Positions 28,341 to 36,668 of a stretch of DNA of 64,000 nt are shown piece by piece. Location: NCBI GenBank assembly GCA_964001325.1, contig CAXFCR010000001.1:398-64397 (forward strand). Direction: 5' to 3'. A model generated the notes under the pieces. That model ran no database searches and was not told the origin of the DNA. It worked only from the letters and a program-made list of their open reading frames with translations. Source of the DNA: an uncultured Gammaproteobacteria bacterium. GTDB taxonomy: Bacteria; Pseudomonadota; Gammaproteobacteria; Enterobacterales; UBA3532. The position numbers were made by a program, and so were the translations under genes. Every line of letters starts with the position of its first letter. Positions within the stretch are counted from its first letter, which is position 1.

Positions 28341-28799
28341 ATGAAACAATCGATTGAACTGAAAATTCTGGACAAAAGAATAGGTGATATTTGGCCTCTA
28401 CCTTCCTACGGTACAGAAGGTGCGGCAGGGTTGGATTTGCGAGTGGTCGCGGATGAAACAATAACATTGGGAGCGGGCGAAACAACGTTACTAAAAACAG
28501 GTATCGCTATCCATATAGGTGAGCCAAACCTGGCAGCGGTTATTTTGCCTCGCTCGGGTCTGGGTCATAAAAAAGGGATTGTATTGGGCAATCTTGTTGG
28601 GTTGATTGACTCCGATTACCAAGGTGAGTTAATGGTCTCTTGCTGGAATCGTTCACCGGATAGCTATCAAATTCAGCCGGGAGAACGCATTGCTCAACTG
28701 GTTTTTGTGCCTGTGGTTCAAGCGGAATTTAGTATCGTCGATGATTTTGAACAAAGCCACCGCGGGGCGGGTGGTTTTGGGCATACCGGTAAGCACTGA
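28341..28799 (+). CDS. dut: dUTP diphosphatase
   Basis: 152 aa with [17 protein letters not shown] and [10 protein letters not shown] motifs. Confidence 0.95.
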   Translation: MKQSIELKILDKRIGDIWPLPSYGTEGAAGLDLRVVADETITLGAGETTLLKTGIAIHIGEPNLAAVILPRSGLGHKKGIVLGNLVGLIDSDYQGELMVSCWNRSPDSYQIQPGERIAQLVFVPVVQAEFSIVDDFEQSHRGAGGFGHTGKH

Positions 28800-28862
28800 G
28801 CGATACCCAAGGCTTCCGAGAGCACTTAGCTGATTTTTACCATTTGGGGGTTCGACAAGAAT

Positions 28863-31463
28863 ATGTTGGGAAAAAATAAAGCGGTTAAGAAAAAAGAAAT
28901 AAAAGATAAGCAGCCCGATCAGGACGGGACACCAGCCAAGACTAAAGCCAAGAAGCCGCAGGCCAAGTCTAAAGAGGCGTCTTCCTTAATTAAGGTTCTT
29001 ACCATTCTCAGCATCAGTTTTCTGGTGTTGGCCGGATTTTGTTTTTACATGATCCAATTAAAGACGCCAGCTGAAGTCAACTTACGATTAGGTGAAAGTC
29101 AGGCCAGTGCATTACGTGACAGCGTATCGTTATTTTTATTGCAAGAAACGGAGAAGCTTGAAAGTGCTGGTAAGGCTGTCTATGCCTCAACCTCGGATGT
29201 GGAAAAATCTGCTGCAGTATTGCAGCAGATTTTTGCAGCAGCTGAAGGAGTTCGCATTATTGCGCGCGATCATAAAGAGACAATGACTGACGTTGTTCCT
29301 CCCATTACAAATATTATCCTGGCTAAATCTCGCCGAGTCATTGAGTCCAAAAGAGTGTTGCCCGAGGTGATTTCCCATCAAGGGAAAAAACTGTTTATTG
29401 TTGTGGCCAAAATATCTGAACAACATGCGGCTATAGCTGCTTTTCCCCTTAACTATGTTAAATCTGAGCTGGATAAGGTACTCCAAGTATCTGGAGCACT
29501 GGATGTCTATCAGGATTTTTCAGGCGTAGAAACGATTGCAGCGAGCCTCGGTAAAGGCAAAGGTTCTGCTGAACAGGGGGTTGTGGTAGCCATTAAAGAT
29601 TCGCCATGGAAAGTGCGGTACTGGTTGGAAAGCCGATTTAGCTTATTGCTAAGTGCCCTTTTTATTATCGGAGCGTTGGCTGGAACGGCGTTCATGCTCA
29701 TTCTTACTATTGCGGTTGCCGATAAACTTCAGCGCAAAACCGTTCGCGATGATGTTGAGGGTGTATTGAAGTTTATTGAAAAAGTCCTTGAAAATCCGAC
29801 CGCTGAAGTGCGCACCACAACAAAGTCACAGTTGTTTGAAGATCTTGCTCTGGGGTTGAGGCACATTATTCGAGATGCTTTTGTTAAAATGCGTGCAGAA
29901 ATGCAGCCTAAAGAAAAAATGAGCGATATGCCAATGCGGCGGCGTCGAGATTTAGAAGATGACATGGATGAAGATGAGGATGGCACCTCGGAGAAGACCA
30001 AGGATATTGTCGAAGATGTTTTTGCTTTTGATGAAGATGAGCCATCCGAACAGGAGAGTGAACCAACTCAGGCGCAGGGACCAGGTTTCTCGGTTCACCA
30101 ACAAATATTCCGTGCATATGATATTCGTGGAGTAGTCGATCAGGAAATTACAGAAGAAGACGCATACCAGATTGGCCGTGCCATCGGTACCGAGGCGCAA
30201 AACAGGGGACAACAGGGCGTTATAGTTGGTCGTGATGGGCGTCTATCTGGGCCTAAGTTGATGAACGCCGTCTCAGAAGGCATATTGGACAGTGGGGCGA
30301 ACGTCATAGATATTGGCGAAGTGCCGTCGCCAGTGTTGTATTTCGCGACGGAAAAACTTGCCTATCAGTCTGGAGTCATTGTTACCGGCAGTCATAACCC
30401 GCCAGAATATAACGGTTTCAAAGTGGTCATTGGGAATCAGGCGTTGTTTGGGCCGGAGATTGCCGACCTGCACCGTCGAATCGTTAATAACGAGATGTTG
30501 TCAGGGCGTGGAAGTAAGGAAGTTGTCGATAATATTGTTGAGCTTTATCTTGAGGAGATCACCAATGATGTGGCATTGGCTCAGGAGTTAAAGGTCGTTG
30601 TAGACTGTGGCAATGGTGTGGCAGGGCGTGTTGCACCAGATCTGCTAAAGGCTCTCGGCTGCGAAGTTGTGGAGTTGCATTGTGAGGTGGATGGTTCATT
30701 CCCGAATCACCATCCAGACCCTAGCAAGCCTGACAATTTAGATGATCTAATTCAAGCTGTTGCTCAGCACAAAGCGAGCATTGGTTTGGCCTTTGATGGC
30801 GATGGCGATCGCCTTGGGGTAGTGGACTCTTCGGGTAAAATCATTTGGCCTGATCGGCAAATGATGCTGTATGCCATGGACATGCTCTCTCGCAATCCTG
30901 GAGCTGATGTGGTTTTTGATGTTAAGTGTTCGCGGCATTTAAGTCAGGTAATTTCTGGTTGTGGTGGTCGTCCCGTAATGTGGAAGACCGGGCATTCATT
31001 AATCAAAGCCAAGATGCGTGAAACCGAGGCTTTATTGGGCGGAGAGTGCAGTGGCCATTTTTTCTTTAAAGAACGCTGGTTTGGTTTCGACGATGGAATA
31101 TACAGCGCAGCGCGCTTGCTAGAAATCTTGGCGGCAGACTTCCGTGATTCTGAGGATATATTTCAAGCGCTGCCAGAAGGTGTAGTAACGCCAGAAATGA
31201 CCATCGAAATCCCAGATGAGCGCAAATTCGACTACATGGAAAAGTTGGCGGTTGTGGCAGAGTTTGAAGGCGGTGAAGTTTCTACTGTCGATGGCATACG
31301 GGTTGATTTTGAAGAAGGTTGGGGATTGGTCAGGGCCTCGAATACTACGCCTGCACTGGTAGTCAGATTTGAGGGCGAGGATGAAGGACAGCTCGAACGC
31401 ATTAAGGCTATTTTCCGTGAAAAAATGCTTGAGGTGGATAGCTCGCTTGTTTTGCCCTTTTAG
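28863..31463 (+). CDS. algC: Phosphomannomutase/phosphoglucomutase (AlgC core, residues about 414-866) fused to a roughly 410-aa N-terminal two-TM module
   Basis: The core begins at IFRAYDIRG and contains the catalytic TGSHNPPEYNGFK, FDGDGDR and GECSGH motifs. The N-terminus has a Lys-rich tail, TM1 (res about 42-66), a roughly 190-aa loop, TM2 (about 259-285) and an acidic linker. Confidence 0.9.
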   Translation: MLGKNKAVKKKEIKDKQPDQDGTPAKTKAKKPQAKSKEASSLIKVLTILSISFLVLAGFCFYMIQLKTPAEVNLRLGESQASALRDSVSLFLLQETEKLESAGKAVYASTSDVEKSAAVLQQIFAAAEGVRIIARDHKETMTDVVPPITNIILAKSRRVIESKRVLPEVISHQGKKLFIVVAKISEQHAAIAAFPLNYVKSELDKVLQVSGALDVYQDFSGVETIAASLGKGKGSAEQGVVVAIKDSPWKVRYWLESRFSLLLSALFIIGALAGTAFMLILTIAVADKLQRKTVRDDVEGVLKFIEKVLENPTAEVRTTTKSQLFEDLALGLRHIIRDAFVKMRAEMQPKEKMSDMPMRRRRDLEDDMDEDEDGTSEKTKDIVEDVFAFDEDEPSEQESEPTQAQGPGFSVHQQIFRAYDIRGVVDQEITEEDAYQIGRAIGTEAQNRGQQGVIVGRDGRLSGPKLMNAVSEGILDSGANVIDIGEVPSPVLYFATEKLAYQSGVIVTGSHNPPEYNGFKVVIGNQALFGPEIADLHRRIVNNEMLSGRGSKEVVDNIVELYLEEITNDVALAQELKVVVDCGNGVAGRVAPDLLKALGCEVVELHCEVDGSFPNHHPDPSKPDNLDDLIQAVAQHKASIGLAFDGDGDRLGVVDSSGKIIWPDRQMMLYAMDMLSRNPGADVVFDVKCSRHLSQVISGCGGRPVMWKTGHSLIKAKMRETEALLGGECSGHFFFKERWFGFDDGIYSAARLLEILAADFRDSEDIFQALPEGVVTPEMTIEIPDERKFDYMEKLAVVAEFEGGEVSTVDGIRVDFEEGWGLVRASNTTPALVVRFEGEDEGQLERIKAIFREKMLEVDSSLVLPF

Positions 31464-31526
31464 GTTCCATGCGGGGTTGTTTGAGTGACAGTTTAGTGAA
31501 AGAGCACGATGATATTGATTATTTGA

Positions 31527-31554
31527 TTGACTCATTACAGGGGCTATGTATACT
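31527..31554 (+). promoter_or_regulatory. Candidate sigma70 promoter for the csp gene (TTGACT-N16-TATACT), giving a 5'UTR of about 135 nt
   Basis: TTGACT at 31527-31532 and TATACT at 31549-31554. A GTACAGA match to the E. coli cspA cold-box core lies at 31586-31592. Confidence 0.4.
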
Positions 31555-31695
31555 GAAGGAGCCTGAATAGTGGCTATGTTTATGTGTACAGATTTTGAAA
31601 TACCTCCCGTTAGTGTTAGTTCATCGTCCTGCCTTTCATTAATATATCCCGAGTTCAGACACGTTATTTGTTTATTTTTATTAAGGAAATGATTT

Positions 31696-31902
31696 ATGTC
31701 TACGATCACCGGACAAGTCAAATTTTTCAACGAGTCTAAAGGTTTTGGCTTTATTCAACGTGAAAACGGGCCTGACGTATTTGTTCATTTTAGCGCTATT
31801 CAAAGTAGCGGCTTCAAAACTTTGTCAGAAGGTCAAAAAGTTGAGTTCACTGTTACTGAAGGTCAAAAAGGCCCTCAAGCTGAGAACGTTGTTCCGTTAT
31901 AA
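31696..31902 (+). CDS. Cold-shock domain protein (CspA family, 68 aa)
   Basis: The [15 protein letters not shown] (RNP1) and VFVHFSAI (RNP2) motifs. Confidence 0.95.
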   Translation: MSTITGQVKFFNESKGFGFIQRENGPDVFVHFSAIQSSGFKTLSEGQKVEFTVTEGQKGPQAENVVPL

Positions 31903-31926
31903 TTAGCGGTTACACGACTTTTGAGA

Positions 31927-31957
31927 ACCCGTCAGCAGCCGCTAGCGGGTTTTTTTA
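31927..31957 (+). terminator. Intrinsic terminator after csp
   Basis: Imperfect stem acccg...cgggt followed by a T7 run. Confidence 0.6.
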
Positions 31958-32010
31958 TGCTTCAGTGTTTTTGATTATGGCTAGGAAAAGAATACTGAAG
32001 CATAAAGTTA

Positions 32011-32056
32011 ACAGACATAAAAAAAGAGAGGTTAACCTCTCTTTTTTTATGTCTGT
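32011..32056. terminator. Perfect 46-bp palindrome, a likely bidirectional terminator
   Basis: acagacataaaaaaagagagg ttaa cctctctttttttatgtctgt, with 21-bp arms and A/T runs on both sides of a GC-poor stem. Confidence 0.55.
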
Positions 32057-32085
32057 ATTAAATGCTATATCTGCACTAGAGCTTC

Positions 32086-32409
32086 TCAGTGAAACGTACT
32101 CAGTACAGATGCTTGGATCATTTCATCATAAGCCTCTTGGCTACAGTCCTGAATATCTAACTGGTTATCCAGTTTTTCTGTCCAGTTGAGCAGCTCTTGC
32201 AATCCCGAAGGTGTAAATGGGATATGCGGGGCGCAGGTACGAAGCAGTTCCAGTTTAGCTAGCAGAGTGGAGCGAGTCAGCTCGTTAATTTGTGGCTGCT
32301 CAGCCACGCGCAGCGATAGCGCACGACAAATATCAACGAATTCTAGCTTGAACACACCCATTGCAGATTCAATTTTTGAGAAAGAAAGGACTTCAGACAT
32401 CATTATCAC
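32086..32409 (-). CDS. Hypothetical cytoplasmic protein (about 105 aa), family not recognised
   Basis: An ORF with an AAAGGTGAT SD before the ATGATG start and a helical, acidic C-terminus. It has no recognisable motif. Confidence 0.45.
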   Translation of the reverse strand: MIMMSEVLSFSKIESAMGVFKLEFVDICRALSLRVAEQPQINELTRSTLLAKLELLRTCAPHIPFTPSGLQELLNWTEKLDNQLDIQDCSQEAYDEMIQASVLSTFH

Positions 32410-32674
32410 CTTTTGACCATTTTATAATTAAACACGACTCCTGATACACCGCGTAGAGTGTGCTGCTCCCTTTTCCATTGTGCGCGGGTCTCGCGCAAAC
32501 TATGGTTATCGATTGACATGTTAACTTATTTGCTGGCAGCAGGGAGAGGGAATATGGCATTGTACGAAAATTACCCCACCATTACCCCATAGCTCCTTTC
32601 AGGTTAAAATTTATACCAAGCATAACCATTTTTGATTGTCTTGGTAAAGAAATACGTATAAAAAACAACCATCC

Positions 32675-32968
32675 TTATTGCAGCACGGTTCTTGATTCTG
32701 TTTGCTGATAGCCGTCTGTTTGTTGATAACCGTCTGTTTGTTGATAACAAAGGTGGATTTGTCGCTTTGACTTTAAGGTATTGCACTGATTGCAAAAGTA
32801 ACTGACAGCGCCACAAGCCGCAAGCTTTTCCAGTGTTGCGCCACATTGATCGCAGCATGCCTTTTGTTCGATATAGCTATCGCAATGCTCGCAAAACAAA
32901 CCATCGGATTTATGCTGATGGCCACCGCGATGATTGCAAGGAGCTACAGTGTGAGATGGATTAAGCAT
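32675..32968 (-). CDS. yfgJ: YfgJ-family zinc-ribbon protein with a C-terminal (YQQTDG)x3 repeat tail
   Basis: CEHCDSY...KACCDQCGATLEKLAACGAVSYFCNQC parallels E. coli YfgJ (ALCPDCHQPLQVLKACGAVDYFCQ). Confidence 0.72.
   Translation of the reverse strand: MLNPSHTVAPCNHRGGHQHKSDGLFCEHCDSYIEQKACCDQCGATLEKLAACGAVSYFCNQCNTLKSKRQIHLCYQQTDGYQQTDGYQQTESRTVLQ
32698..32750. repeat. 18-bp tandem repeat x about 2.9 inside the yfgJ 3' end
   Basis: ctgtttgctgatagccgt / ctgtttgttgataaccgt / ctgtttgttgataac. Confidence 0.9.
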
Positions 32969-33069
32969 ATTTGACCTCCTCGATGAGTGACTAGGGTTAG
33001 TTTACTGGGAGAAGGTCAAGGTAAATATGATTTATGTCAAAAAACTGCGGCGAGCAGGGCATGTTTTGC

Positions 33070-33228
33070 TTATTTTTTGGACTTTAATAAGCGGTAAGCA
33101 ATATAGACGGCTAAAGGCGCTGCTGCCACTATGCCTAAATCTTCGGCATGCCAATGAAGCCAAAGCTCGTCGTGCGCCAGTGCGGGAAATGAAGCGGTTG
33201 CTAAAAGTAAAGTAGCGTATTTTTTCAT
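33070..33228 (-). CDS. Candidate small exported or membrane peptide (52 aa) with a His-rich mature N-terminus; not in the ORF track
   Basis: Manual translation gives MKKYATLLLATASFPALA|HDELWLHWHAEDLGIVAAAPLAVYIAYRLLKSKK. This reads as a Sec-type signal with an AxA site, a HxxxxxHxH segment, one TM and a KSKK anchor. The start is 13 nt after the hydrogenase protease stop. Confidence 0.35.
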   Translation of the reverse strand: MKKYATLLLATASFPALAHDELWLHWHAEDLGIVAAAPLAVYIAYRLLKSKK

Positions 33229-33241
33229 TGTGGTTTACCTG

Positions 33242-33712
33242 TTAAGCACTACGAGGTCGGCGGTGGCGACTAAACCACCGCGAAACTTCGTGCTTGATTG
33301 CATTTAAAAGTTGAGATCGGTTGTAATACGGAATGCTGTCTTCAGTCTTCTCATTAATATCAATACCAAACAGCACCAGGTTGTCAGGCTTCATACTTAA
33401 CGTCGCTGCAAGGCGAATACCATCGCATACGCCAACGCCATGGGAAGACATGCGTGAGACGACTTCCGGAAGCTCCTCTTCGTTAAGACGAAGCACCGTT
33501 CCATAGGGAAAGTCGCCCTGTATCGCATCCACTAGAATAGCAAATGCGCAGTCGCTAATATGATTAGGAATATTGGCTGGCGTATCACACTTTTCCAGTG
33601 CGATACGTCCCGGCCATCGCTGAGCCAAGTTTCGAAGTTCATCAATACAGTCCCAGCCGAGGCGATCCGCACCGTGCGGAGACCCTATTCCTAAAATCAA
33701 TATTTCACTCAC
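33242..33712 (-). CDS. Hydrogenase maturation endopeptidase (HoxW/HycI family)
   Basis: 156 aa starting LILGIGSPHGADRLGW. The start overlaps the large-subunit stop by 8 nt. Confidence 0.85.
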   Translation of the reverse strand: MSEILILGIGSPHGADRLGWDCIDELRNLAQRWPGRIALEKCDTPANIPNHISDCAFAILVDAIQGDFPYGTVLRLNEEELPEVVSRMSSHGVGVCDGIRLAATLSMKPDNLVLFGIDINEKTEDSIPYYNRSQLLNAIKHEVSRWFSRHRRPRSA

Positions 33713-35018
33713 GATGCACCTTTAAGTCTAAAAAGTGGGTTGAGCAAGAAATGCACGGATCATAATTACGAATAATCATCTCGCAGTGCTTTCGTAGCTC
33801 ATCATCTTCGTGGTCCAGCCCCAGCCGTTCTACCGAGGTTTTTAGATTGTCCTCAATGCGCTGCTGGTTCTGACTAGTGGGAGGGATCATTGTCGCAGCT
33901 GCAACGCGGCCATCATCATTTATTTCGAAGCGATGATAGATCATTCCGCGAGGCGCTTCGGTACAGTGATGGCCAATGCCTGCCCTAGGTGTGTACTCAA
34001 CGAAAGGGCTTTTCGGCAACTGGTATTGTTTAAGAATACGTAACGATTCCCAGACTGAGTAGTAACACTCAATAGCCCGTGCTAGAACATTGTCGAACAT
34101 ATTTTTGCTTGGAAACTTCTTGTTGCAGTCGGCGACAAGCTCGCGAATTTCTTCAGGCAACTGGTGGAAGTTCAGGTTTACCCGTGCCAACGGACCAAGG
34201 AAATAGGACTTGCCATCAAGCAATGAGTAGTAAGCCGTAGAATGAGGAACCTGGTGTTCCCTGAAGTGAGCAGGATAGTCCTCAAAGGTCAGGTTCAATC
34301 CATGATCACTGATCAAACGGCCTTCGTTGATTCCGTATTCTTTTGGATGGTAAATAGCGACGCTGGCAAAGTCTTGTTCGTCTTCTGGCAGAGCGAGCTG
34401 AGCTGTCCATTCGACAAGACCTTTACAATCCTCCAGTGCAGCTTCTAGCTTATCAACCATTTCATTGATTTCGCTAATTGCGGGCGCACGATGGAAACCT
34501 CCTATTCGTAAGCCAATAGGGTGGACGGAGCGTCCGCCAAGCAGCTTGAGGAGATCGTTGCCTAGCCCTTGTAAGCGCATACCGCGTTTTACCGTTTCTG
34601 GATGGTGTTCTGCCATATTAATGGCATTGTCGAACCCTAAAAAGTCGGGCGTGGCAAGAAGGTGAATATGTAGCGCATGGCTCTGAAGCCATTCACCTGC
34701 ATACATGACTCGGCGCATATCATGCACCCAAGGGCCAGGATCAACTTGAAAAACTTTCTCAATCGCAATGGTTGAGGTCATCTGGTAGGCGATAGGGCAG
34801 ATTCCACATACGCGAGCAGCAATTGCCGAAACTTCGCTGTATTCTTGGCCTTCGAGAAACTTCTCGAATAATCGCGGTGGCTCGAATATTTTGAGGTGCA
34901 GTTGCTCGACTTTACCGTCTCGAGCTGTGAATTCTAATGCGCCTTCACCTTCCACCCTCACCATAACAGGGACATTGATATCGATGTCGCGATTTGGATC
35001 TGTGTTAGTCGTGGTCAT
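33705..35018 (-). CDS. [NiFe] hydrogenase large (alpha) subunit, group 3-type
   Basis: N-terminal RVCGICPIAY (RxCGxC) and C-terminal DPCISCSTH motifs, followed by a 9-aa tail (FLDLKVHRE). 437 aa. Confidence 0.92.
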   Translation of the reverse strand: MTTTNTDPNRDIDINVPVMVRVEGEGALEFTARDGKVEQLHLKIFEPPRLFEKFLEGQEYSEVSAIAARVCGICPIAYQMTSTIAIEKVFQVDPGPWVHDMRRVMYAGEWLQSHALHIHLLATPDFLGFDNAINMAEHHPETVKRGMRLQGLGNDLLKLLGGRSVHPIGLRIGGFHRAPAISEINEMVDKLEAALEDCKGLVEWTAQLALPEDEQDFASVAIYHPKEYGINEGRLISDHGLNLTFEDYPAHFREHQVPHSTAYYSLLDGKSYFLGPLARVNLNFHQLPEEIRELVADCNKKFPSKNMFDNVLARAIECYYSVWESLRILKQYQLPKSPFVEYTPRAGIGHHCTEAPRGMIYHRFEINDDGRVAAATMIPPTSQNQQRIEDNLKTSVERLGLDHEDDELRKHCEMIIRNYDPCISCSTHFLDLKVHRE

Positions 35019-35830
35019 GACTCGATTTCTCCTAGTTTAATGCGACGCTCATGTTTTTCATTCCAGATCTTGGTCGCATCACTAAAGACTGGGGCGGCAT
35101 TGTTAATAGATGCAAAGCGTCGGGCCACAGCGTCTGCGGCTAAACCAAAGCCTTCAAACCGGTTGCCGAGTGATGCTGTATTGGGATTTTCTGACGGGCC
35201 ATAACAGCTATAGCAAGGGGCACCGAAGGATGGGCATAATGCGCCACACCCGGTTCGGGTGACTGGTCCCATGCAAGCGGCTTGTTGTGTGACCAACACG
35301 CAAACGTTGTTCTTGCGTTTACAATCCTGGCAGACTTTTTCATTGGGATCGACAGGACGAACACCAAACAATAGGGAGCGCACAGCGGCCAGCATTTGTT
35401 TAACATCGACAGGGCAACCCCAAAGCTCGAAGTCAACTTTGACATGGTTCGCTATTGCGGCTGAAGTAGCCAAGGTTTCGATGTATTCCGGTTTGGCGTA
35501 GACTGACTGCATCCAGGCATCGGTATCGGCATTGTTTCTAAGTGCCTGGATTCCTCCTGTGGTAGCGCAGGCACCTACAGTAACCAGAAAGCGGCTATTT
35601 GCGCGAATGTCGTGGAGTCGATCGACATCTTCTGGCGTTGTTACACTGCCTTCGATAAATGCAATATCAACCCTGTCTTCTGGAGCCAGAGGGCCAGCTT
35701 CGACGAAGTGGACAATATCGACCAGCTCACTTAAAGTAATTAAATCTTCGCCCATATTAATAAAAGCGAGCTGGCAGCCCGAACACGAGGCGAATTTGTG
35801 AACGGCGATTCTCGGTTTTGAACGCGCCAT
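35015..35830 (-). CDS. [NiFe] hydrogenase small (delta) subunit, group 3-type
   Basis: The sequence starts MARSKPRIAVHKFASCSGCQ, continues with VGACATTGGI, and has C-terminal Cys clusters. There is no Tat signal. The likely start is 35830, inside the tracked ORF. Confidence 0.9.
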   Translation of the reverse strand: MARSKPRIAVHKFASCSGCQLAFINMGEDLITLSELVDIVHFVEAGPLAPEDRVDIAFIEGSVTTPEDVDRLHDIRANSRFLVTVGACATTGGIQALRNNADTDAWMQSVYAKPEYIETLATSAAIANHVKVDFELWGCPVDVKQMLAAVRSLLFGVRPVDPNEKVCQDCKRKNNVCVLVTQQAACMGPVTRTGCGALCPSFGAPCYSCYGPSENPNTASLGNRFEGFGLAADAVARRFASINNAAPVFSDATKIWNEKHERRIKLGEIES

Positions 35831-35831
35831 A

Positions 35832-36668
35832 TTAGAACCCCCTATGACGTAGTAGTTCTTCCACTTCCGGATATGAGAATACCGGACCATCTTTACATAC
35901 AAACTGGCTGCCAAATTGGCAATGGCCGCAATGGCCAACCGCGCATTGCATGTTTCTTTCCATGCTCAAATAGATGTTTTTGGGATCGACATTCAGGTCG
36001 ATCAATGTTCTAGCCGTTCCTGACATCATTGCGTCTGGGCCGCAAACCATGACTACACAGTTGTCTTTATCGTAGTCAGCTTTGTCGAATAGCACTGCGA
36101 CACGACCTAGCTCCCATTGGGGCCACTGGGTCTTTTCGCGACTGGCCGCCAACAGGATTTGGGTATTGGGTACCCGTCGCCACTCGTCATACTGTGGCTC
36201 CCACAGTACGTCGTGACGGTGTTTCACCGATTGCATGATAACCAGCTTGCCATATTCTTCACGCTTGCCAATGACGTAGCGAATAGAAGATACAACGGGA
36301 GCACAACCCAAGCCTGCAGTCACAAAGACGATGTCTTTGCCCTTGGCTTCATCAAGCGGCCAGCCGCGGCCAAAAGGTCCGCGCAGTCCCATCTTATCGC
36401 CTACTTGTAATCCCATCATGGCATTGGTAACACGACCGACTGCTCGGATAGTATGGACAAGCAGTTCGCCGTCATTTGACATGATTGAAATAGGAACTTC
36501 GCCTACACCATAGAGATAAAGCATATTGAACTGACCATGCTTGAAGGTGTAACTTTTCGCTATTTCGGGATCGGTGAATTTAATCTTAAAGGTATAGACG
36601 TCTGGCGTTTCCTGAACGCGTTCGACGATCTCTACTTCATGAGGAATGTAACAATTATTGGTTGTCAT
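35832..36668 (-). CDS. Hydrogenase gamma subunit: FAD/NAD(P)-binding oxidoreductase with C-terminal [2Fe-2S] (AsrB/HydG-like)
   Basis: An FNR-like fold with C-terminal CAVGHCGHCQ...C. The likely start ATG 36668 overlaps the beta gene by 14 nt. Confidence 0.85.
   Translation of the reverse strand: MTTNNCYIPHEVEIVERVQETPDVYTFKIKFTDPEIAKSYTFKHGQFNMLYLYGVGEVPISIMSNDGELLVHTIRAVGRVTNAMMGLQVGDKMGLRGPFGRGWPLDEAKGKDIVFVTAGLGCAPVVSSIRYVIGKREEYGKLVIMQSVKHRHDVLWEPQYDEWRRVPNTQILLAASREKTQWPQWELGRVAVLFDKADYDKDNCVVMVCGPDAMMSGTARTLIDLNVDPKNIYLSMERNMQCAVGHCGHCQFGSQFVCKDGPVFSYPEVEELLRHRGF

Noticed and set aside
31119-31730. 203-aa minus-strand ORF
   Set aside because: It is mostly antisense to the well-supported algC 3' end and runs into the csp leader. 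It has no recognisable motifs and its composition is typical of a shadow ORF.
32554-32592. 12-codon mini-ORF MALYENYPTITP preceded by a strong GGGAGAGGG Shine-Dalgarno-like sequence
   Set aside because: No downstream plus-strand gene exists for it to regulate, because both neighbouring genes are on the minus strand. It is probably a chance match, though a tiny peptide or sRNA cannot be excluded.
33027-33215. 62-aa plus-strand basic ORF
   Set aside because: It is opposite the better-structured 52-codon signal-peptide ORF, has no RBS, and its Arg/Lys-rich low-complexity composition is unconvincing. Neither ORF is proven, and the minus-strand one is preferred only on features.
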